From positions 6,927-70,926 of the forward strand of contig JAGYJY010000026.1 in the NCBI GenBank assembly GCA_018401745.1: 64,000 bases of DNA, read 5' to 3'. The translations under genes were made by a program, and so were the position numbers. This DNA is from Pirellulales bacterium. GTDB lineage: Bacteria; Planctomycetota; Planctomycetia; Pirellulales; UBA1268. Positions within the stretch are counted from its first letter, which is position 1, and each line of letters begins with the position of its first letter. Of the stretch, positions 19,294 to 28,180 are shown one piece after another. The notes under the pieces are model-generated. The model was not told the origin of the DNA, did not search any database, and saw only the letters and a program-made list of their open reading frames with translations.

Positions 19294-20040
19294 ATGGCAG
19301 GAAAACCGCTGATTGGCATCACCATGGACTATCGAGCGTCGCGGAAGGAGCACGCGGCCCTCTCGTTCGTCGCGGCCGGCTACTATGACGGCGTGATTGC
19401 CTCAGGCGGCATTCCGATCGCGCTTCCCCCGATCGCAGAGGAAGACGATCTCGTGCGGCTGCTGGACATGCTCGATGGTGTGGTGCTCATCGGCGGCGGC
19501 GATCTCGATCCCCGTCGCGATGGCTACATGCCCCATCCTGCCACACGGACGATGGACGCCCGTCGTGAAGACTTCGACCGCATGCTCATGTCGGAAATCT
19601 GTCGCCGGCAGATGCCGGTCTTGGCCATCGGCAGCGGCATGCAGCTGCTCAACATCACCGAAGGCGGCACGGTCTTCCTTCACATCCCTGAGGATCTCCC
19701 CAAGGCCATGCCCCACAAGGATCCGATCGACATGTCCCATCGACACGCCCTCGAGGTCGTTCCGGGCACGGTCATGGAGCGGGTCTATGGCGACGGCGAG
19801 ATCCGCGTCAACAGCATGCACCACATGGCCATCGACGACCTCGCGGCAAACTTCCGCGTGGCCGCCCGCTCGCCCGACGGTGTGATCGAAGCGATCGAGA
19901 GCACCGTCGAAAGCTGGGTGGCCATCGGCACGCAGTTCCACCCCGAGGCCGAAAACGCCTCCGCCCTCGACGCCAAGATCTTCGAGGAGTTTGTGATCGG
20001 CATCACTGGCGAAGTGCCTGCCGTGAAGCTCGTGGCCTAA
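19294..20040 (+). CDS. Peptidase C26 / class I glutamine amidotransferase-like protein (gamma-glutamyl-GABA hydrolase family), nucleophile Cys absent
   Basis: LIGITMDY, VVLIGGGDLDP and GTQFHPE are family motifs, but the canonical (G/A)ICRGxQ is AIGSGMQ here. ATG 19294 is preceded by GGAGGA. Confidence 0.8.
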   Translation: MAGKPLIGITMDYRASRKEHAALSFVAAGYYDGVIASGGIPIALPPIAEEDDLVRLLDMLDGVVLIGGGDLDPRRDGYMPHPATRTMDARREDFDRMLMSEICRRQMPVLAIGSGMQLLNITEGGTVFLHIPEDLPKAMPHKDPIDMSHRHALEVVPGTVMERVYGDGEIRVNSMHHMAIDDLAANFRVAARSPDGVIEAIESTVESWVAIGTQFHPEAENASALDAKIFEEFVIGITGEVPAVKLVA

Positions 20041-20070
20041 GCCACCGCGACCTCTCAAGACCATCACAAA

Positions 20071-20109
20071 CCCTCCCCGGGCGGCCCACTGCCCGGGGAG
20101 GGTTTTTTT
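20071..20109 (+). terminator. Rho-independent terminator downstream of the C26 gene
   Basis: Perfect 12-bp GC stem CCCTCCCCGGGC / GCCCGGGGAGGG with an 8-nt loop, followed by T7 (20103-20109). It starts 31 nt after the stop codon. Confidence 0.8.
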
Positions 20110-20115
20110 CGGCAA

Positions 20116-20687
20116 GGAAACGGGACGGGTCCTCGGGCCGCGAAGCGGCCTCGGCGAAGCCGAGGTGCCTGCGGCACCCGAAGACCCGTCCCGCTTGCGC
20201 AGCACCCGCGCGCTGACGCCCACCGCACCGCCCCCCGCCCCGCTGCCCCCCGGCCGCAGACCGACGCGCAGCGGCGGACAGAAAAGGAAACGGGACGGGT
20301 CCTCGGGCCGCGAAGCGGCCTCGGCGGAGCCGAGGTGCCTGCGGCACCCGAAGACCCGTCCCGCTTGCGCAGCACCCGCGCGCTGACGCCCACCGCCCCG
20401 CTGCCCCCCGGCCGCAGACCGACGCGCAGCGGCGGACAGGCCGGCCCTTAAAACCGTAAGCGAGGGGTGAGCCCGGGCCGAATGAGCCGGCCTTGCAGTC
20501 GAGCGCAGCCCGGAGGGCGAAAGCGAGAATGCACGAGTGAGCGAAGCCAGGATGGCGAAGCGAACGCTCGGCGAATCGGCTTGGGCTCACCCCGAGCGAC
20601 CCCGAACGCTCGGCGAATCGGCTTGGGCTCACCCCGAGCGACCCCGAACGCTCGGCTCATCGGCTTAGGCTCACCCCGAGCGCCCCC
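20116..20687 (+). repeat. Composite structured intergenic repeat element, copy A (2 x ~170-nt hairpin modules + conserved core + 3 x 42-nt hairpin units)
   Basis: Module 20116-20285 is duplicated at 20286-~20443. The core 20447-20687 matches 28418-28658 with 6 mismatches in 241 nt by my count. Tandem 42-nt units lie at 20562-20603, 20604-20645 and 20646-20687. Confidence 0.9.
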
Positions 20688-20786
20688 AACCGTTAAAAGC
20701 CGAAACCTCAACGCGGCATGCCAAACGGCGGGCTAAGGTAGAGCAGGCACAAGATGGTCTCGGTTGCTCCCCGGCATTGCAAACCC

Positions 20787-22673
20787 ATGCTCACTGATTT
20801 CGACCTGCACCTCCTCGGCGAGGGCCGCCACTGGAAAAGCTACGAGAAGCTCGGCAGCCAGCTGACGGACGTGGATGGCGTGGCGGGCACCAGTTTCGCG
20901 GTCTGGGCACCGAATGCCGACATGGTCAGCGTGGTGGGCGACTTCAATGGCTGGGACGGTCGCAGCCATGCAATGCACAAACGGATTCCCTCGGGCTTTT
21001 GGGAGCTGTTTGTGCCCGGGGCGGGCGTGGGGACGGCCTACAAGTTTCGCGTGTTCTCCGGTGGCGGCTTCACGGATCGTACCGACCCCTACGGCTTTGC
21101 AGCAGAGGTGCCGCCGAGGACCGCGTCGCTGGTGGCCGACCTCAGTGCCTACACATGGCGAGACGCCGACTGGATGGCGGCCCGTGCCCAGCGGGATCCG
21201 CTGACGACGGCGATGACCACCTACGAGGTGCACCTCGGCAGCTGGCGGCGGCCGGGCGACAATCCTACGCGATGGCTGACCTATCAGGACCTGGAGCGAG
21301 AGCTGGTGCCCTATGTGGCGGAGATGGGCTTCACGCACGTGGAGTTTCTGCCGCCGACGGAGCATCCGCTCTCGGCGAGCTGGGGCTACCAGACGATCGG
21401 GCTGTTTGCAGCAACGAGCCGGTTTGGCACGCCGCAAGACTTCATGTCGCTGGTGGATGCCTTCCACCGGGCTGGTATCGCCGTGGTCATCGACTGGGTG
21501 CCGGCGCACTTTCCGCGTGATGGCCATGGCCTGAGGCGGTTTGATGGCACCGCGCTCTACGAGCATGAAGACCCCCGCAAGGGCGAGCATCCCGACTGGG
21601 GCACGATGATCTTCAACTACGGCCGCAACGAGGTGGCCAACTATCTGATCTCGTCGGCGCTCTTCTGGCTCGACAAGTATCACATCGACGGGCTGCGGGT
21701 CGATGCGGTGGCCTCGATGCTCTATCTCGACTACAGCCGCGAGGAGGGGCAGTGGGTGCCCAACCGTCATGGCGGCCGCGAGAACCTTGAGGCGATCGAG
21801 CTGCTGAAGACCTTCAACATCCAGGTGCACGAGCAGTTTCCCGGTGCGGTCACGATTGCCGAAGAATCGACCGCCTGGGGCGGCGTGTCACGGCCAACCT
21901 ACGACGGCGGGCTTGGGTTCACGTTTAAGTGGAACATGGGCTGGATGAACGACACGCGTCGGTACATGCGGCATGATCCCGTGCATCGCAAGTATCACCA
22001 CGATGAGCTGACCTTCAGCCTGATCTACTCGTTCCACGAAAACTTTGTTTTACCGCTCTCCCACGACGAAGTGGTGCACGGCAAAGGCTCACTGATCGAT
22101 CAGATGCCCGGCGATACCTGGCAGAAGTTTGCCAACCTGCGGCTGCTCTACACCTACATGTGGTGCCATCCCGGCAAGAAGCTGCTCTTTATGGGCGGCG
22201 AGTTTGGGCAGTGGCAGGAGTGGAACTTCGACGAGAGCCTGCATTGGCACCTGCTGCAGTGGGACAGCCACCGAGGGCTCAAGCGGGCTGTGGCCGACCT
22301 CAATGCCCTCGTCCGCGATGAGCCTTCGCTGCATGAGGTCGACTTCGATCCGGCGGGCTTTGAATGGATCGACTGCCACAACTGGCAAGACAGCATTCTC
22401 GCCTTCGTCCGCCGCGGACGCCGCCCGGAAGACTTCGTGGTGGTGGTCTGCAACTTTACGCCGGTCGTGCGACAGGGCTACCGGCTCGGAGTGCCGCACG
22501 AGGGACCGTATCAGGAGCGGTTCAACAGCGACTCCCGCTACTACGACGGCAGCAACGTGGGCAACATCGGCACGCTGATGGCGACCACAACCCGTCATCA
22601 CGGGAGGCCGGCAAGCCTAACGCTCACGCTTCCGCCGCTGGCTGCCATCGTGCTCACGCCCTGGCGCGGCTGA
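20787..22673 (+). CDS. glgB: 1,4-alpha-glucan branching enzyme
   Basis: GH13 branching-enzyme motifs ([43 protein letters not shown]). Start at ATG 20787 ([13 protein letters not shown]). Confidence 0.9.
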   Translation: MLTDFDLHLLGEGRHWKSYEKLGSQLTDVDGVAGTSFAVWAPNADMVSVVGDFNGWDGRSHAMHKRIPSGFWELFVPGAGVGTAYKFRVFSGGGFTDRTDPYGFAAEVPPRTASLVADLSAYTWRDADWMAARAQRDPLTTAMTTYEVHLGSWRRPGDNPTRWLTYQDLERELVPYVAEMGFTHVEFLPPTEHPLSASWGYQTIGLFAATSRFGTPQDFMSLVDAFHRAGIAVVIDWVPAHFPRDGHGLRRFDGTALYEHEDPRKGEHPDWGTMIFNYGRNEVANYLISSALFWLDKYHIDGLRVDAVASMLYLDYSREEGQWVPNRHGGRENLEAIELLKTFNIQVHEQFPGAVTIAEESTAWGGVSRPTYDGGLGFTFKWNMGWMNDTRRYMRHDPVHRKYHHDELTFSLIYSFHENFVLPLSHDEVVHGKGSLIDQMPGDTWQKFANLRLLYTYMWCHPGKKLLFMGGEFGQWQEWNFDESLHWHLLQWDSHRGLKRAVADLNALVRDEPSLHEVDFDPAGFEWIDCHNWQDSILAFVRRGRRPEDFVVVVCNFTPVVRQGYRLGVPHEGPYQERFNSDSRYYDGSNVGNIGTLMATTTRHHGRPASLTLTLPPLAAIVLTPWRG

Positions 22674-22700
22674 ACCGGCGAAAAACTCGTCGGCTTGCGA

Positions 22701-25040
22701 TCAGCGGCCGGGCATGCGGGGCTGCCGCTCCCAGCGGAGCTGATACCGGTCTTCCAGACCCTCGATCCACCGCTCAAACACGCCGGCATACGACTGCTGG
22801 GCAACCTGGTCGATCGGCATGGTGTCGTCACGACGGACGAGAAACTGCGCTCGAAGTTCTGAGTCGGGGGGCGATAGCGAGAGCAGTCGGATGCAGTAGC
22901 AGACCGTCTGCGGCTCGTTGAAGGCGGCGGCCGTTTCACCAGGGGCGAGCGAAAACGCTGCCTTCATAAAGTCGTTGCCCGGCAGGAAGGCTCCAGGCGG
23001 CTGCGACAGCTGCGGCATGCCGCTGGCCACGTCGTACCAGGCAAACGGTCCAACCTGCGTCATGGTGACATCGCCGCGGTCGGTCGCGAGCTGCTCAAGC
23101 GAGACGTCGCGGCTCCGGGCCTGCTCGGCAAGTTCTTCAGCCTCTTTGCGGGCCAGGTCGCGGGCCTCCATGATTCGCCAGGCCTTTTCGACGTTGTCTC
23201 GGGCAGCCGCGAAGGTGGGGACAAACTCCGGCTGATCCTGAGTCTTCCAGGAGAGGAAACGGGCTCCGAGCATGTCGCGAGACGTCTGCGGCCGGAGCGT
23301 CATGGAGTTCTCACCAAACATCATCTCCAGCCATGACCTCTGGCGAATCCCAAACCGGCTGCCTGGATCGGGCACGAGCTCAAAGCTCCGGCCAATACCA
23401 GGCTCCTCGGCTGCATCGACAGGGGCCACGAGCTCGGATCGCCCGGCCGTGAGGCCCTGCGTCTCGGCAATCTTGTCGAAATCGGGCGGCGTGGGAGGCT
23501 CTGTGCCGGTTTCGCCGCGTGCCTGCCAGAGGGCGTAGTCTTCTCCGTAGGCTGTCAGGTCGGCTGCCACGGCCGAAAAGATGGCGTCAATCTGGGCTTC
23601 GGCCTTCTCGGCCGCGAGCAGGTCGCGAATCTCTTCGGTGACCTCAGCCAAGGGCCTGAATCCGTCGTTGGCAAGAGGATCTGCGGCAGGGGGCTCAGCC
23701 TCACTCGTCGCTTCAGCAGCAGGCTCGGCAGCAGGCTCGGCAGCAGGCTCGGCAGCAGGCTCGGCAGCAGGCTCGGCAGCAGGCTCGGCAGCAGGCTCGG
23801 CAGCAGGCTCGGCAGCAGGCTCGGCAGCTTCTGCCGCTTCAGTTGATTCGACGGGAGGCGACGACTCGCTGGCAGCAGCCTCCTCCTCGCCGTCAGCCTG
23901 CCGGGCCGATGTCAGCACAAACGGCGACCTCCTGCGAGGCAGCGCAGCCCCGTCTGTTGTTTCAGCAGCAGGTTCCTCAGCAGCAGGTTCCTCAGCAGCA
24001 GGTTCCTCAGCAGCAGGTTCCTCAGCAGCAGGTTCCTCAGCAGCAGGTTCCTCAGCAGCAGGCTCCTCAGCAGCAGGCTCCTCAGCAGCAGGCTCCTCAG
24101 CAGCAGGAGCCTCAGCAGCAGGAGCCTCAGCAGCAGGAGCCTCAGCAGCAGGTGCCTCAGCAGCAGGGGCCGTTCCGGCAGCAGCCCGGTAGCGAGTCGC
24201 CTTGTTTTGTTCGTAGTAGGCGGCGATCTCCTCGTCAGTTACGTCTGGCTTGAAACGATCCACAAACGCTGTGCGATCTGCCGTGAGATACTCAAACGCC
24301 ACGCGATGAGGCTCGCGGAAGCCCGGATTCGCGCTTGAGGGCTCCGGCAGCAGCTCCTTGTAGTCGTCGTACAGTGCCTCCAGGACGGAATCCGAGGGAG
24401 CCTCAACGCGGTCGGCCAGCGACTCGCAGGTGACCGGGATCACCTCGACGATCGCCTTCTGCTCGAGCCGGCGAAATGCATCCCACCGCCAGCCGGGCGG
24501 GTCTCCGGAAAAGCCAGTCTGGAAAAGCAGGAGCATGTTGCGGGCCGTGAGCTCATACCGCAGCGCCTCGAAGACATCGGGCTCTGAAACGCTGAGCCTA
24601 CCCAGTTGCAAACTGCCGAGGATCTGATTGAACTGCTCTGCCCGCACCTGGCTGTTGGTCCATTCAGCCAGAAAATCGTTGACGGAGCGGTCGGTCACCA
24701 CGATCCCGACGTTTCGTGCTTCTTCCACGAGCAGCCGCGTGCGAACAACAGCGTCTTCACTTTCAGGAAAGAGGGGCAGCCTCGATGGGTCGCGGCCCGC
24801 CTGCACAGCCGCTTCCAGCAGGAAGCGGTTGAGCACCGCCCGCATCGTGACCGACCGTTCGAGATCACTCTCTCGGATCTCGCCACCGCTCCAGCGGGCG
24901 ACCAGCGGATCGCCTGCCAGCGTGCTGCTTCCCATCTGCAGAAACGGAGGCAACACAAAGAAGGCGAGCATCGCCATGATGGCCACAAAGACCAGCAACG
25001 ACTTTTGATAGCGGCGAAAAACGTCGAACGAACCGGCCAT
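22701..25040 (-). CDS. Membrane-anchored periplasmic chaperone-like protein (PpiD/SurA N-terminal-domain-like) with long acidic Ala/Glu/Pro repeat linker
   Basis: N-terminal signal anchor (LLVFVAIMAMLAFFVLPPF), followed by a SurA_N-like region. The centre has 13 x (AAE[A/E]P) and 9 x (EPAA). The CDS is solid; the functional call is tentative. Confidence 0.5.
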   Translation of the reverse strand: MAGSFDVFRRYQKSLLVFVAIMAMLAFFVLPPFLQMGSSTLAGDPLVARWSGGEIRESDLERSVTMRAVLNRFLLEAAVQAGRDPSRLPLFPESEDAVVRTRLLVEEARNVGIVVTDRSVNDFLAEWTNSQVRAEQFNQILGSLQLGRLSVSEPDVFEALRYELTARNMLLLFQTGFSGDPPGWRWDAFRRLEQKAIVEVIPVTCESLADRVEAPSDSVLEALYDDYKELLPEPSSANPGFREPHRVAFEYLTADRTAFVDRFKPDVTDEEIAAYYEQNKATRYRAAAGTAPAAEAPAAEAPAAEAPAAEAPAAEEPAAEEPAAEEPAAEEPAAEEPAAEEPAAEEPAAEEPAAEEPAAETTDGAALPRRRSPFVLTSARQADGEEEAAASESSPPVESTEAAEAAEPAAEPAAEPAAEPAAEPAAEPAAEPAAEPAAEPAAEATSEAEPPAADPLANDGFRPLAEVTEEIRDLLAAEKAEAQIDAIFSAVAADLTAYGEDYALWQARGETGTEPPTPPDFDKIAETQGLTAGRSELVAPVDAAEEPGIGRSFELVPDPGSRFGIRQRSWLEMMFGENSMTLRPQTSRDMLGARFLSWKTQDQPEFVPTFAAARDNVEKAWRIMEARDLARKEAEELAEQARSRDVSLEQLATDRGDVTMTQVGPFAWYDVASGMPQLSQPPGAFLPGNDFMKAAFSLAPGETAAAFNEPQTVCYCIRLLSLSPPDSELRAQFLVRRDDTMPIDQVAQQSYAGVFERWIEGLEDRYQLRWERQPRMPGR
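23715..23826 (-). repeat. In-frame tandem repeat, about 9 x 12 bp (encodes EPAA)
   Basis: Unit gcagcaggctcg is repeated head-to-tail on the + strand inside CDS 22701..25040. Confidence 0.9.
23950..24165 (-). repeat. In-frame tandem repeat, about 13 x 15 bp (encodes AAEEP / AAEAP)
   Basis: Units cagcaggttcctcag, cagcaggctcctcag and cagcaggagcctcag are repeated head-to-tail. The three sequence variants are clustered in blocks. Confidence 0.9.
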
Positions 25041-25089
25041 GAGATCACCTGAGTCGGGCCGGCAAGATGCCGACAGGAGCCGAGGAGGC

Positions 25090-25117
25090 TTGACAAGAAA
25101 AACGTGGGGACGATATC
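25090..25117 (+). promoter_or_regulatory. Candidate sigma70-like promoter upstream of topA
   Basis: Perfect -35 TTGACA (25090-25095), a 16-nt spacer, then GATATC. About 165 nt upstream of the topA ATG in an AT-richer divergent intergenic region. Confidence 0.3.
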
Positions 25118-25279
25118 GGTCAGAAGCGGCTGAGCGTCATCCAACGGATCCAGAAAATCTCCACGAAGTGTGGCAGGATTTCCCTAGGGAGTGAAAGCGG
25201 AGATTGTAGCGCCCCTGGTGGAAGCTGCAATCCCGGTTCGGCGTGACGGAGCGAGCCCCCAGGCAGAGAACCATCGAGC

Positions 25280-28042
25280 ATGGCGAAAAAACCCTCCGCT
25301 GGCGGCAAACCGTTGGTGATCGTCGAGTCTCCCGCGAAGGCTCGCACCATCTCGAAGTTTCTCGGAGGCAGCTACAACGTCGAGGCCAGCGTGGGGCACA
25401 TCCGCGACCTGCCGCACAACGCGGCGGAGGTGCCTGCCGCGATGCGAGGCAAGCCCTGGGCAAGAATGGGCGTCAACATCGATGAGGATTTTGCCCCGAT
25501 CTACATCGTGTCGCCGCAGAAGAAGAAGCAGGTTGACAAGCTCAAGGCCCTCCTCGCCCAGGCCCCTGCCCTCTATCTGGCAACAGACGAAGACCGCGAG
25601 GGCGAGGCCATTAGCTGGCATCTGACCGAGGTGCTCAAGCCGCGGGTGGAGGTGCACCGGCTCGTGTTTCACGAGATCACGAGGTCGGCCATCGAGGCTG
25701 CCCTGGAGCATCCACGAACGATCAACACGTCGCTCGTCGATGCGCAAGAGACCCGACGCATTCTCGACCGGCTCTACGGCTACGAGGTCTCACCTCTGCT
25801 CTGGAAGAAGGTGGGCCCTAAGCTCTCGGCGGGCCGTGTGCAGAGCGTGGCGGTGCGGCTGCTCGTGGAGCGGGAGCGGGCTCGGATGGCCTTTCGTTCC
25901 GGCACCTGGTGGGATCTTTCGGCGGTGTTTGCCGCGAGGCCACCGCACCCGTCGGCAGGCTTTGACGCCCGGCTCACCAGCCTCGCCGGCCGCCCGTTGG
26001 CCAAGGGGAGCGACTTCGATTCAGCGACCGGCCGATTGAAAAACGAGCGTGCGCTGCTCCTCGACGAGCAGGCCGCAGTCGACCTGCGAAACCAGTTGGA
26101 AACGGCGTCGTTTCGGGTGGCTGCCCGGGAAGACAAGCCCTTCACCCAGCGGCCGAGCCCACCGTTCACCACCAGCTCGCTGCAGCAGGAGGCCAACCGC
26201 AAGTGCGGCTTCACCGCCCGCCGCACGATGCAGGTGGCCCAGTCGCTCTATGAAAACGGCCACATCACCTACATGCGAACCGACTCAACGTCGCTGGCGG
26301 GCGAGGCGATCGCCGCCATCCGCAGGACGGTGGAGAAGCTCTACGGGGCCAGCCACCTGCCTGCCTCGCCACGGACCTACCGCACGAAAGTCGCCAACGC
26401 CCAGGAAGCCCACGAAGCGATCCGACCGGCCGGCACGGGCATGCCCACGCCTGAGTCGCTTCGCGGTCGGGTCGACGCCGACGGCCTGCGGCTCTACTCG
26501 CTGATCTGGAAGCGGACGATCGCCTGCCAGATGGCAGAGGCCCGCGGCCAGCAGACCACGCTCTGCATCGAGGCCGATCTCGCCGACGGCACACAGGCCC
26601 GCTTCACCGCCAGCGGCAAGACGATCGAGTTTGCCGGTTTTCTGCGAGCCTACGTGGAGGGCTCCGACGATCCTGCCGCAGACCTGGCCGACAAGGAGAC
26701 CATCCTGCCGCCGCTGGCGGTGGGAGATGCTGTCGACTGCCGCCTGCTGGAAGCCGCCAGCCACACCACGCAGCCGCCCGCCCGCTACACCGAAGCGACG
26801 CTGACAAAAGCCCTGGAAGAAAAGGGTATCGGCCGACCCAGCACCTACGCCGCCACGATCGACACGATCCAGCGGAGAGCGTATTGCTGCAAACGGGGCA
26901 ACGCGCTCGTGCCCACCTGGGTGGGCTTTGCCGTCTGCCAGCTCCTGGAGCAGAGCCTGCCAACCCTGATCGACTACGCCTTCACCGCAGGGATGGAAGA
27001 CGAGCTCGACGGCATCAGCCGAGGAGAAGGTGAGAAGGTCGGCTACCTCAAGAAGTTTTACTTCGGCAACGGCAAGCCCGGCCTCAAGAAACTGCTTGAA
27101 GACGCGGAGACCAAGATCGATCCCCGAAAAGCGAGCAGCATTCCGATCACAGACGACGTGGTGGTGCGTGTCGGCCGGTATGGCCCGTTCATTGAAGATG
27201 CCGAAGGCCGCCGGGCGACGCTGCCTCCCGAAGAGAAGCTCGCCCCGGATGAGCTCACAGCAGAGCGGTGTGCGGAGCTGCTGTCGAAGTCGTCGCAGGC
27301 GGATGAGCCGCTCGGGCATTGCCCCAAGACGGGGCTCCCCGTGTATGCCAAGAACGGCCGCTTCGGGCCGTATGTGCAGCTCGGCGATGCGGAAGAAGGC
27401 GGCTCCAAGCCGAAGTCGGCGTCGCTGCTCAAGGGCATGTCGCTGGAAACGATCGACCTGATCACCGCGGTTCGGCTGCTCGAACTCCCCCGTTCGCTCG
27501 GAGTGCATCCACAGAGCGGCAAGGAGATCACCGCCCTCAACGGTCGTTACGGCCCCTACATCACCTGCGATGGCGACTCGCGGAGCCTGCCAGACAATCT
27601 CTCGCCCCTGGACATCACCCTTCCCGAAGCCGTGCACCTGCTCAAGCAGCCAAAGGCCCGCGGCACGCGATCAGCCCCCGCAACATTGCAGACCCTCGGC
27701 ACGTCCCCGGTCACCGCCAAACCGGTCGTGCTCCTCAACGGCCGCTACGGCCCCTACGTCAGCGACGGTGAAACCAACGCCTCCCTTCCCAAGGGCACCG
27801 CGAGCAACGCCATGACCCTCAACAGCGCCCTCGCCCTACTCGCCACCCGCGCCGCCGCCGGCCCCCGTCGCGGCCGTGGCGGCAGAAGGACGGCCGCAAA
27901 GAAAGCCACCTCGAAAGCAGCAGCCAAAAAGGCCGCCATCAAAAAATCGGCCCCGAAAAAAGCCGCAAAGACAAAGGTCGCAAAGAAGAAGGCGACCACC
28001 AAGAAAACAGCCACAAAGAAAACGGCCAAGAAAGAAAGCTGA
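25280..28042 (+). CDS. topA: DNA topoisomerase I (type IA) with zinc-free repeat C-terminal domain and lysine-rich tail
   Basis: TOPRIM LVIVESPAKARTISKFLG and active-site region GHITYMRTDS. Four G(R)(Y/F)GP(Y/F) C-terminal repeats (VGRYGPFIE, NGRFGPYVQ, NGRYGPYIT, NGRYGPYVS). The tail is AAKKATSKAAAKKAAIKKSAPKKAAKTKVAKKKATTKKTATKKTAKK. Confidence 0.92.
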   Translation: MAKKPSAGGKPLVIVESPAKARTISKFLGGSYNVEASVGHIRDLPHNAAEVPAAMRGKPWARMGVNIDEDFAPIYIVSPQKKKQVDKLKALLAQAPALYLATDEDREGEAISWHLTEVLKPRVEVHRLVFHEITRSAIEAALEHPRTINTSLVDAQETRRILDRLYGYEVSPLLWKKVGPKLSAGRVQSVAVRLLVERERARMAFRSGTWWDLSAVFAARPPHPSAGFDARLTSLAGRPLAKGSDFDSATGRLKNERALLLDEQAAVDLRNQLETASFRVAAREDKPFTQRPSPPFTTSSLQQEANRKCGFTARRTMQVAQSLYENGHITYMRTDSTSLAGEAIAAIRRTVEKLYGASHLPASPRTYRTKVANAQEAHEAIRPAGTGMPTPESLRGRVDADGLRLYSLIWKRTIACQMAEARGQQTTLCIEADLADGTQARFTASGKTIEFAGFLRAYVEGSDDPAADLADKETILPPLAVGDAVDCRLLEAASHTTQPPARYTEATLTKALEEKGIGRPSTYAATIDTIQRRAYCCKRGNALVPTWVGFAVCQLLEQSLPTLIDYAFTAGMEDELDGISRGEGEKVGYLKKFYFGNGKPGLKKLLEDAETKIDPRKASSIPITDDVVVRVGRYGPFIEDAEGRRATLPPEEKLAPDELTAERCAELLSKSSQADEPLGHCPKTGLPVYAKNGRFGPYVQLGDAEEGGSKPKSASLLKGMSLETIDLITAVRLLELPRSLGVHPQSGKEITALNGRYGPYITCDGDSRSLPDNLSPLDITLPEAVHLLKQPKARGTRSAPATLQTLGTSPVTAKPVVLLNGRYGPYVSDGETNASLPKGTASNAMTLNSALALLATRAAAGPRRGRGGRRTAAKKATSKAAAKKAAIKKSAPKKAAKTKVAKKKATTKKTATKKTAKKES

Positions 28043-28180
28043 AAATAAGGGGAGACCGCGCGCGGGTGGTCCGGCTCGGCAGGCGGCAAAAGTCGCGTCG
28101 CTGGGCCAGGATAGGCCAAACGCTCCGCGAGCGTTCGCCGACCCGCCGAGCCTCCCCTTTCCTGTCAATGAGCGAACGCA

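Noticed and set aside
18814-19388. Small ORFs in the 577-nt gap (18814..19053 -, 18902..19312 +, 19020..19388 +)
   Set aside because: They are mutually overlapping, have no RBS or motif support, and run into the C26 gene in the wrong frame. The region is treated as non-coding.
20562-20687. The three 42-nt repeats (and the matching set at 28533-28658) as a small CRISPR array
   Set aside because: The units are directly abutting, with no unique spacers between them. The whole 42-nt period is repeated and the same three units recur at both loci. No cas genes are present in the window.
20003-20736. ORFs inside repeat copy A (20003..20632 -, 20064..20393 -, 20467..20736 +, 20448..20711 -) and their look-alikes in copy B (27836..28603 -, 28438..28713 +, 28419..28631 -) as conserved small proteins
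   Set aside because: Their similarity (for example MSPSRFAERSGSLGVSPSRFAERS...) is only the translation of the repeated DNA. Several frames on both strands are equally open, the composition is Arg/Pro/Gly/Ser-rich low complexity, and similarity stops where the DNA repeat stops. Translation of a short peptide cannot be strictly excluded.
20733-21830. 365-aa ORF antisense to glgB
   Set aside because: Antisense shadow ORF; glgB is unambiguous on the + strand.
23581-24253. + strand ORFs with (AAGS)n and (QQVP)n repeats (23581..24192, 23843..24253)
   Set aside because: They are alternate-frame or antisense translations of the tandem repeats inside the minus-strand PpiD-like gene.
26285-27637. 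450-aa ORF antisense to topA
   Set aside because: Antisense shadow ORF.
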